Positions 1 to 11,255 of a stretch of DNA of 64,000 nucleotides are shown in pieces (the first letter of the stretch is position 1; each line of letters opens with the position of its first letter). The translations under genes and the position numbers were made by a program. Source of the DNA: Eledone cirrhosa (taxonomy: Eukaryota); assembly GCA_964016885.1 (NCBI GenBank), contig OZ024742.1, positions 264,616,001 to 264,680,000 on the forward strand, written 5' to 3'. The notes under the pieces were generated by a model. The model had not been told where the DNA came from. It saw only the letters and a list, made by a program, of their open reading frames with translations, and did no database searches.

Positions 1-2378
<2,378 letters not shown>

Positions 2379-2404
2379 ATATATATATATATATATATAT
2401 ATAT

Positions 2405-3452
2405 CATCACCATCATCATCTTCGTTTAACGTCCACTTTCCACGTTAGCATGGGTTAGACGGGAGTTGTGTTGTCCCACCTGAGGCAAGGTTGGTCGGGT
2501 GACCGTGTCTCGCTCATATAGGACTATCTGGCAAGTTTTCTACGGCTGGATGCCCTTCCTAACACCAACCACATTTACAGTGTGGAACTGGGAACTTTTT
2601 ACCGTGTTACCTACACGGCCACATTACAGCATGGACTGTCTGTTTTTTTTTTCTTGTGACCCCTACACGATCTCGATCTCGATCTCATTTATCTCATTTA
2701 TTTGGACTGGATGTTGTGGTACCACTGGGTGGTGTTGGTCGGTGTGGGAGGATAGGGTAGGGGTAGTGGATTGGGGTGTATATTTGGTTAAGAGGTGCCT
2801 ACTGACTGTAGATTTCGCTTTGTACATAGGCAAGGCGGGTCTTCTGTATTACTGCATAGCGCCAAAGATCTCGGTCCAGTGACATTGTCTTCGAGAGGTG
2901 CAAGTGTGTAAGGTCGGAATTTATCAGATTGTCCCAGGTTTTTCTGGGTCTACCTACTCCGTAACTACCATCAATTTTGATCGCCCTGCACTTTTTTATA
3001 CAGCTGTCGTCTTCCATGCGCATCACGTGGCCATACCAACGTGGTCTTCTCTTGAGTAAACAGCATCTGATCCCTCTTATTCCTAATTTCTCACTTAATT
3101 CATTTATGCTTTGCCGTTCACGTATATTACTATTGCACATCCAACGGAGCATGCAAGCTTCGTTCCTCTCCAGTCTGCGTATATCCTCTGCACACAATGC
3201 CCATGTCTCACTGCCATGTTAGATTGCTGTTCGTATGCAGGCATCATACAATCTGCCTACAGCGGTATAAACTCTCTGAACTTTTTCCATCCCGTTCTGA
3301 CTCTAGCTACTGTACTTTCAGAACACCCTCCACCATTGCTGATTTCATCACCCAGGTAACGGAAAGTGTCTACTATTTCTATAGAACCATCTGGGCAATA
3401 GAAGGGACTAGTATCCTGTGGACACTTGCTACCTATTGCACCTGAGCATCGG
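2405..3452 (-). mobile_element. 5'-truncated RTE LINE (family A): RT C-terminus, 3' UTR and (GAT)n tail
   Basis: ORFs 3257-3538 and 2799-3197 (VDTFRYLGD..ARVRTGWKKFRE; RRPRWYGHVMRM..GRPRKTW); (CAT)n on + at ~2405; (TA)n flanks. Confidence 0.9.
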
Positions 3453-3453
3453 C

Positions 3454-3494
<41 letters not shown>

Positions 3495-3500
<6 letters not shown>

Positions 3501-4374
3501 AGATAAGCAGAACAAGTAAAATTCAACCAATTTTTCAAAGTAAATCAAAATTAATATACAATTAAAATTAATCAAAATTAAAAAATATAATATAAATATT
3601 TACCTATTCAAATGGCCCTAACTGTACAGTTTCACTTTGCAAAACATTAGATATCACGTAGATATTAATGGAAAAGCAAAGATCATCAGAGAAGCATTTT
3701 CCTATCCTAGGGTTAAAAACCCCAGGAACAACAAAATATATGACCTCACTCCAACTAATACAGGTCTGAAAGGTCGTGAAAGTGACCCATAAATACGTTG
3801 GTGTATAGTGAAGGCGGGAAATCATAGACTAGCCGTCTATGATCGCTACCAAAAAAGATTTTTAGTAACTAAATAGAACGACAAGATTTTTCTCTACTTA
3901 CTGGAGAACCTCAGATATATATTAACCTTATTCAATATTCTCCAGTAAGTAGAGAAAAATCTTGTCGTTCTATTTAGTTACTAAAAATCTTTTTTGGTAG
4001 CGATCATAGACGGCTAGTCTATGATTTCCCGCCTTCACTATACACCAACGTATTTATGGGTCACTTTCACGACCTTTCAGACCTGTATTAGTTGGAGTGA
4101 GGTCATATATTTTGTTGTTCCTGGGGTTTTTAACTGTACAGTTAGGTCCATTTGAATAGGTAAATATTTATATTATATTTTTTAATTTTGATTAATTTTA
4201 ATTGTATATTAATTTTGATTTATTTTTAAAAATTGGTTGAATTTTACTTGTTCTGCTTATCTTGATATTAAGTTCTGGTATATCAAATTATTACCATAGA
4301 ACCACCTTAAATCATAGACACACTATATATTTCCTGGGGTACATTGTACCCTCAGATATATATTGACCTTATTC
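3495..4374. mobile_element. Fold-back element 2 (arms 3495-3908 / 3938-4268) with terminal redundancy, probable PLE pLTR or retrozyme-like element
   Basis: Long inverted arms; the left arm has an extra 83 nt (3632-3714); loop 3909-3933 is repeated directly at 4350-4374; (TA)n flanks. Confidence 0.75.
3614..3695 (-). ncRNA. Type I hammerhead ribozyme motif
   Basis: Minus strand reads gcttct-CTGATGA-t ctttgc...gcaaag t-GAAA-CTGTACAG-TT-agggcc. Stem III is palindromic (ACTG TA CAGT), the cleavage triplet is GUU, and stem I has 4 bp including G-U pairs. Confidence 0.6.
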
Positions 4375-4404
4375 TATATATATATATATATATATTAATA
4401 TATA

Positions 4405-4655
4405 TCATCATTTCATTTTACGTCCACTTTTCCCTGCTTGCAAGGGTGGGAACTGATTCTGGCTTGATTTCTAATTTCCTAACACCAACCTCATTTACAG
4501 TGAGTGCTGGGGTGCTTTTTTGCCCTGGCGCCTCCACAACCACTTTGCAGTGGAATGATAGGGACCCCAGTCCCTATCATCTCATTTCTACAGCTGAGTA
4601 AACTGGCGCAATGTGAAATAAAGTGTCTTTCTCAAGGAAACAACACATCACCGAG
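4405..4655 (-). mobile_element. SINE with CORE-like body and RTE-derived 3' tail (5'-truncated)
   Basis: Reverse complement matches 48300-48566 (ttccttgag..actttatttcacattg..ccagtttactcagctgtagaaatgag); the tail is shared with the RTE 3' UTR. Confidence 0.75.
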
Positions 4656-4682
4656 TATATATATATATATATATATATAAAA

Positions 4683-5212
4683 TAAAATAAAATAAAATAA
4701 AATAAATAAGTCAAATGTTTAAAATTTGGCTTCGTTTATTACTGCTATATATATTTCGGTGTCAGCCATCTTTGGCTCTGACCTCTTCATGCAGTCCGAA
4801 TTAGTGTGGTAGAGACGAGTACACATGTTGTTGAGGTGTTTAACTTTGTCAATACTCTGACATGCCCAGTTCCTGGTTGGGTTGTTGTTTCACTGAGATA
4901 TGATTCCAGTTCCTCAGTGAAACAACAACCCAACCAGGGACTGGGCATATCAGAGTATTGACAAAGTTAAACACCTCAACAACATGTGTACTCGTCTCTA
5001 CCACACTAATTCGGACTGCCTGAAGAGGTCACAGCCAAAGATGGCTGTCACCGAAATATATATAGCAGTAATAAACGAAGCCAAATTTTAAACATTTGAC
5101 TTATTAATTTTATTTTATTTTGCATTACTCCGGAGTAACCAAACCAACCTGCGCACTTCGTCGAGTGCCCCAATCTGCGTACTGAGGTGTTGGTATACAA
5201 CCAACATATACT

Positions 5213-5215
<3 letters not shown>
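4683..5215. mobile_element. Fold-back element 3 (arms ~4683-4897 / 4913-5121, 15-nt loop) plus a hairpin-rich extension; probable inverted PLE pLTR
   Basis: ~210-bp inverted arms with few mismatches; (TA)n flanks; contains a canonical minimal hammerhead. Confidence 0.8.
5015..5069 (+). ncRNA. Minimal type I hammerhead ribozyme; predicted cleavage after 5064
   Basis: actgc-CTGAAGA-ggtcacagcca aaga tggctgtcacc-GAAA-T ATAT A-TA-gcagt. Perfect 5-bp stem I, long stem II with one mismatch, palindromic loop III, AUA triplet. Confidence 0.85.
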
Positions 5216-5255
<40 letters not shown>

Positions 5256-5258
5256 TAT

Positions 5259-6328
5259 ATATTGTTATACTTGGGGAGGGTCATATTTGTGTAATATTGC
5301 CAAAATTAATAACAGAACACACTCACTGTTTGGTTGGTTTTCCCTTCTGTGTCTTTTATATCGGTGGTTAATTTAATTTATTCGGTTCTCAATGTTACCA
5401 TTGACTGACCAACGGTCAAAAATACAGATACAATATAGACACAAACACATATATATAGTCTATCAAAGTTCTTTTGTTACACATCTGCAACATCGTCTGT
5501 GGTGCTATTATGTTTCCTCCCGTTGCATTGTATGCCTATGCTATCTTTATTTAGTCTGTTTATTTATTTATTTATTTATTTATTTATTTGTTTATTTTTT
5601 GTCTTCTCTGCGTTTGCGTGTGTGTATAGTGTTTTGTTTGATGTGTGTTCGTATTTGGGTGACTGTGTATTGGTTAATGTATTCTATCTTAGTTTACTAG
5701 TGTGTGTTTATATGTGTTTGTTGTTATTGTGCTTGTGTATTTATTTATTTATTTATTTATTTATACTTCTCTTAGGTCAGTGTTGTTTGTTTGGGTGTTG
5801 TTATTCCATTCGTTTTTTCTGTTTAGCCTTGGCCTTCTAAGTTCTATTTCGCTGGCCTCTCTGATTTGCCTATCTGCTGGGTTATTTCTATGTTTAGATA
5901 TTATTCTAATGTCTATGTTACCGTTTTTTATAGTTACCCCAGTCTTGGTCTATCCTTTCACCTATGCTACGAGCAGTCTCGCCTATGTATGTTGTTGTCA
6001 TGTTTCTGCAAGTACCCTCTGTACATCTTATGCTATAGACTACGTTTCTAGATTTACAGTTTATCCAGGGGTTTACTTTACATATGATACATTTCCTATT
6101 AGTACAGTGGGTTTTCTTAAAAGGGTAGGTTTTACTGATCAGGGATTTTATGGTGGTTCCTGGACCGAATAAATTAAATTAACCGATATAAAAGACACAG
6201 AAGCGAAAATCAACCAAACAGTGAGTGTGTTCTGTTATTAATTCTGGCAATATTACACAAATATGACCCTCCCCAAGTATAACAATATTTGTTTCGATAC
6301 ACGATTTCATTTCAAAAACCTCGCAAAA

Positions 6329-6331
<3 letters not shown>
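5259..6331 (-). mobile_element. 5'-truncated Penelope-like element: GIY-YIG endonuclease remnant, 3' pLTR and inverted pLTR copy
   Basis: Inverted repeats at 5259-5386 / 6164-6288 enclose a minus-strand coding remnant; (TA)n on both sides. Confidence 0.85.
5761..6163 (-). pseudogene. PLE GIY-YIG endonuclease domain (internally disrupted)
   Basis: Translates as CTNRKCIICKVNPWINCKSRNVVYSIRCTEGTCRNMTTTYIGETARSIGERI, then after a frame break DRQIREASEIELRRPRLNRKNEW. Confidence 0.85.
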
Positions 6332-6383
<52 letters not shown>

Positions 6384-7097
6384 TGGTAAAAAATCGAGTT
6401 CCACATTCATAGGCTCTGGGTTCCACATTCAGAGGTCGTCGTCAGACCGGGGGGGATCATTTGACCCTGGTTTGAACACCAATTGGGCCATAACCATACC
6501 CCTATTTCATCATTCGGCGACACGCCTCATGTGTCATGCATAATGTGAATGGACCCATGGGCCCATGAGCACAGATCTTGAGCAGCAGCGGACGGTCTTG
6601 TCGTCCCGCTCATCCTTGATCTTGACCAACCCGTCCATCTTCTCCTTGCATCTTGTCCTTGAGTTAAAGTCCGGCAGTCCAGATGAATGCGTGCCACAGC
6701 TTTCTGGTACAGGAAGGGGGGGCAGGAGGACTGGAGGGATGGCAGGACAGAGGGAGGGAGGACCGGTGGTTGAGGGAGGTGCCGTAGTCGGTGGTCAGAG
6801 TCGACATCTTGTCCCGGTCGTCTTCTCCATCTGCGTCTGGTGTTGCGGGACCAGAAGTGCATTCTTGGAGGAGACCTGCAGCTGCATCAGCCAATTCTTC
6901 TTGCAATGGTCATTCTGACGGAGCAGAACTGCTCAGCCAACCAAACCCAACCAGAACCAACCGCTCAGGGGCAACGCACAATGAGAGCATGACAATTATT
7001 ATGCACTAATCAAGAAGATACTGGGGCATAGCACAGGAAACGAATAAAAAAATTTTGCCACTAATATTATTGTAAACATTTTTTATTTCTTATCCAA

Positions 7098-7215
7098 TTC
7101 TTTAAAGTTTTATCTTAGTTTCTTGTCCTATTCTTTTAAAGTTTTATCTTAGTTTCTTGTCCTATTCTTTTAAAGTTTTATTTTAGTTTCTTGTCCTGTA
7201 TTTTTAAAGGTTTAT
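7098..7215. repeat. Tandem repeat, ~33-bp unit, about 3.5 copies
   Basis: ttcttttaaagttttatcttagtttcttgtccta repeated. Confidence 0.9.
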
Positions 7216-7536
7216 ATACCAACAATATTACTTTTTTTTGCTGTACGCATTTTTCTATCTGGTCTACTATTTTTTAAGGCAATGCAAGCAACAACTATCT
7301 AATAATTAAATGATCATAGTGAATTACTGACAAGTGATTGACATTTTAAAGTTCTTTTGAGTATAATTGCAATCTAGTTGAGGCAATTGGCTTAATGACA
7401 AAGCTAGTAAATCATGAATGCATTTGAGATGATTAGTGCATAATAGTGAATTGGTGAAACTTGTGCATTTCAATGGTGTTACAACAATAGATGTAAGTTA
7501 TATAGTAGTAATACTTTATCATTTTAACTTTTTAGA

Positions 7537-7896
7537 ATGGACAAAAACCCATGCAAAGAAATGACTTTGACTGCAGTGATTCTCTCCAATTTACTTACAA
7601 AGCAAAACGTGGTCAAATACCTTATCATCTCTGATAAAATGCCCATTGAATCACTGAAAATCGGATGCATGGAATTCCTCATAAAATGCACCTATGAATC
7701 GGAAGCCATCACATATATCAATGGATATAGGGAGTTGTTCACACTGGAAGACCATCACTTCATTTGTGACTTCATCAGTTATCTCCACGATTATCTCAGA
7801 CACCCAATGCCATTGATGAGAGGTGATCCAATGTGTGAGCATGTAACTAATCTTATAGAAGTTGTTATCGACCACCTGGCTTTTAGTGACATTTGA
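7537..7896 (+). CDS. 119-aa ORF resembling the BACK-like helical region that follows BTB domains in SPOP-type proteins
   Basis: LSNLLTKQNVVKYLIISDKMPIESLKIGCMEFL..INGYREL fits the L..(E/Q)NV...LI..D......LK..C..F...G pattern by eye. It is preceded by a possible 43-nt intron (gtaagt 7493..tttag 7535). The domain call is recognition only. Confidence 0.45.
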   Translation: MDKNPCKEMTLTAVILSNLLTKQNVVKYLIISDKMPIESLKIGCMEFLIKCTYESEAITYINGYRELFTLEDHHFICDFISYLHDYLRHPMPLMRGDPMCEHVTNLIEVVIDHLAFSDI

Positions 7897-8054
7897 CTGA
7901 TTTGACTGATAATGATGTATTTTTAAAAAGTATGTGTACATTCTTGTTACTATTTTAAGGCAATGCAAGCAACAACCATTTTATAAAATTTAAATTTAAA
8001 AATGACCATTGTGCATTACTAGTATGATGACATTTTATTAAGTCACAAAATTAG

Positions 8055-8814
8055 TCAGTCAGCCATAGAACAAGGATCAGGTGGCAAAAACATTGGCAAA
8101 AATTGTGTCAATTTAAGATTTCCAACATTGTTCAAATGAATCATATCTGGTTTGAAGTCAGATTTGTCAAATTTTGACCAATTTTCAATGTTGTGAAGAT
8201 TGGGCAAGTTCAATTTTTGAATCATTTCTTTCATGCAGTAATTAAACTTTTCCAAACGAGAATTTCTCTTGCCCAAGTCATTTTTATTTTCAATTACACT
8301 TTGTGGACGTGGAATGACACCACTGTAGAAAATGGGTGTACAGTGGTGCTTTTCCGCTATTTTCTGTAGCCTTGCAAAGAGACTCTTCCCCTGTTTTTCC
8401 GGTTTTGTGCCTCGAATGGGCACTTTGTCCTTAATTTACAAATAAATGATTAATAAAAAATACTTGGGCAAAAATTATTGTATTACTTTGCACAGCTTTG
8501 TAGTGCCAACGGTGCGACGAGGATTCAGATCATTAGAGCCGACATGAACCACCAATACTTTCACAAAAGGACAACAGATAACAATGTTGGCGATTAACAT
8601 TACCTGGCTCTGACAGGCCCCAGGTATACAAAATATCTAAGTATTTTTGTTGGTATGATAAGTAAATACATTTGAATTAATATTTGTATACCTTCTGGTC
8701 ATTCGATTTCGCCACATTTCTAATTATGGATTTGTAAAAACTGGCATGAATGTGAATTTGATCAGTCCAATTGCCCGATTTTAGTGAAATGGAAATACTC
8801 CAGTTCCGTGCCAT
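8055..8814 (-). CDS. Three-exon SGNH/GDSL hydrolase-like gene (exons 8814-8692, 8636-8487, 8429-8055; ~215 aa)
   Basis: The spliced frame is open from ATG 8814 to the stop at 8055 and has all four blocks in order: KSIIRNV, FCIPGA, VVHVGSND, then SGVIPR..DMIHLNNVG. Introns are GT-AG, 55 nt (8691-8637) and 57 nt (8486-8430); the second contains an in-frame stop. Confidence 0.75.
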
Positions 8815-8903
8815 GGAAAAAATGAATAAGCCGATCAAAAAGCCGCGAAACATCATTTTTAATTAAGCGAAATTAGTGGATGCAAATCTCAGAAAATATT
8901 GTA

Positions 8904-8976
8904 CACTATTCGCACCTATCGCACTATTCGCACCTATCGGTACAAAAATATAGCGCACTATTCGCACCTATCGGTA
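8904..8976. repeat. Short repeats of cactattcgcacctatcg (3 copies) upstream of the SGNH gene
   Basis: Seen directly. Confidence 0.85.
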
Positions 8977-9148
8977 CAACAAATCGCACGACTGTTAATA
9001 ATACTAGAAGTGCAAACTATCTGTTGAATACCTGGTATATGAAGAGCAACCGATACGATCGGTCGGCGATCGGTCTTGAAGAAGAATGAAGAATGAAGTG
9101 AAATTTTGGTCTGGTTGTTGTCATCGGTGTTTCGCAGAGATGCCGGCA

Positions 9149-9246
9149 CGAACAAAGGTGTCAGTGACACAATGTTGTCCGCTTGAACAAAGGTGTCGGT
9201 CCGACAAAGGTGTCAGTCAGACAGTGTCACAGTCGGTGCGACAAAG
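9149..9246. repeat. Array of acaaaggtgtc(a/g)gt-like motifs, possibly DNA-transposon subterminal repeats
   Basis: The motif occurs at ~9152, 9187 and 9204, with degenerate copies after; the function is inferred. Confidence 0.5.
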
Positions 9247-9415
9247 CGATCGATGCGATTAAAAAAAATTTAACTCACATGTTTACCTATATTTTCGCAA
9301 ACTATTGATAGATTGGTACAAAAAATAGCTTTGATAATAAACATAAATTTTTAACGAAGTATTTAAAAAGCATTTTAGCAGTGAAAAGTGAAGTAATGTT
9401 TCACACTGACGCAAG

Positions 9416-9546
9416 TAGGGCCGTTCAGAAATGACGTGGTCAATTAGGAGGAGGGGATTCGGCGATTTGACTACATTTGACTAACGTAATCACAATCACA
9501 AGAGTTCCGCCGAAAAAAAATTCGTCATTTCTGGTTACCTCCCCTA
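9416..9546. mobile_element. Small MITE-like element with imperfect TIRs
   Basis: Left end tagggccgttcagaaatgacg versus reverse complement of the right end taggggaggtaaccagaaatgacg. Confidence 0.4.
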
Positions 9547-9825
9547 GCGTCATGCTTACTACTCAAGATTTATCAGCAAACTTTGATTATAAACTTTTTC
9601 CCGCTGGACCAAATTTCTAGATTTTTAAGCCAAAAGATGCGTAATGATCTACTGTTCATGCTCATATAAGTTTTATTTCAGTTAAATAAAGTAGAGCCGC
9701 GCTGTACTGTCGTAAACAGACGATTGCCAACGAAAACACGACCACAACAATATTACTAAACGGACTACACATCTTTAGTAAAAATGCCAAATGTACATAT
9801 TTCTTTGTCAATTGAAACAAATGTT

Positions 9826-9878
9826 AAACACCTTTAACAAATTTTCAAGCCTATTTCGGCTTTCATCAGTAAGCATGT
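9826..9878 (-). ncRNA. Hammerhead-ribozyme-like motif
   Basis: Minus strand reads catgctta-CTGATGA-aagcc gaaata ggctt-GAAA-a tttg t-TA-aaggtgt. Stem II is perfect; stem I is wobble-rich with a mismatched first pair. Confidence 0.55.
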
Positions 9879-10212
9879 ATATCATCTAAACAACCACGAG
9901 GAAATACACAATCGAGCTTATATACCTTATCATTTATAGTAACATTGTGAAATGGATGTACAAATTTACATATTATTAGCATGTTGGAAGTCAATTAGGA
10001 TATATATTAAGTCAATTAAGCTATGTTAAGTGAACCCTTGAGAAAGCTTGAGAAAAGAAGCTGAAACCACAGGGCTTGTGGCTGGGATTCATCCTTTTCA
10101 GTATACCCACTGTGCATCTCAACATGCATCAGGTACTATCCTGTTTGTTGACTTTTCACTCTTTGCACCACAGACACTCCATATATTAGGAATTTATATA
10201 TATAAATATATA

Positions 10213-10445
10213 TCATCATCATCATCGTTTAACGTCCATCTTTCACGCTAGCATGGGTTGGACGGTTTTGTCTCACTTGAGGCGAGATTGGGCGGGAGAC
10301 TGTGTCTTGCTCGTACATAACCGTTTCAGGCAGGTTTTCTATGGCTGGATGCCCTTCCTAACACCAACCACTCCTACACGACTACTTTACAGTGTAGATG
10401 GGTGCTTTTTGTCGTGTCACCTACACGACCCCTTTATAGTGGATG
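10213..10445 (-). mobile_element. RTE 3'-end fragment
   Basis: (CAT)n plus the conserved 3' UTR motifs gctagcatgggtt..gacgg and ggctggatgcccttcctaacaccaacc. Confidence 0.8.
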
Positions 10446-10842
10446 GAAATGGGAGTAGTGTTCCTAATTCATGGTTAAGTGATTCATAAAAGGAAGAGAG
10501 TAAAAGGAAGACTGTAAAAAAAACCAAGAAACTCACAAATCCCATCTCTACAATATTAGAAACATAAAGATAAAACAGTAAATACCTGAACACATACAAA
10601 CTTATATATATATAGACAGGTGTGTGGTGGCGTGGGTGGGTGTAAGCATATTAGATGGAAATATTAAATATATATTAAATATTGAATGAAAATATGTATT
10701 CCACATAGACAAGTGTAAAGGGCTAAGTACATTTATGAATGGTTACAATATATGTTTTTCAGAATAAAATTAAGGAAATGGTAATTCATTTTTAAGAAGT
10801 ATTCTTTTGTTCCGTTAACCTGTGTGGAAAGTTGTGTGTGTA

Positions 10843-11255
10843 TCATCATCATCATCATCATCACCATTTTACGTCCATTCTTCCACGCTAGCATGGGTTA
10901 GACGGGTTGTCCTGTTGTGGTCAATGCCAGGTCAGGTGACCATGTTTTGCTCATACGGAACTGATTCTGGCTTGATTTCTACAGCTGGATGCCCTTCCTA
11001 ACACCAACCTCATTTATTACTGTAGCACCTACACGTCCACTTTACAGTGTGGGCTGGGTGATTTTTGTCATGACACCTCCATAACCACTTGACAGTGGGA
11101 GGGGATGGGGTATACTGTCTATATGCTTCAGCTTCGGGTCTTCTGTATTACTGCATAACGCCAGAGGTCTCGGTCCTCTGTCATAACCTTTGAGAGGTGC
11201 AATTGGGCAAGGTCAGCTTTTATCACCTCATCCCAGGTATTCTTGGGTCTCCCAT
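10843..11255 (-). mobile_element. Short 5'-truncated RTE copy
   Basis: GRPKNTWDEVIKADLAQLHLSKVMTEDRDLWRYAVIQKT, plus 3' UTR and (GAT)n tail. Confidence 0.85.

Noticed and set aside
5392-6172. Plus-strand hydrophobic ORFs resembling membrane proteins
   Set aside because: They are antisense to the PLE GIY-YIG remnant and its A-rich 3' region.
5259-6288. DNA transposon with ~125-bp TIRs
   Set aside because: The interior is GIY-YIG, the right repeat extends beyond the left, and there is no TSD; this fits an inverted PLE pLTR. I found no hammerhead core in it.
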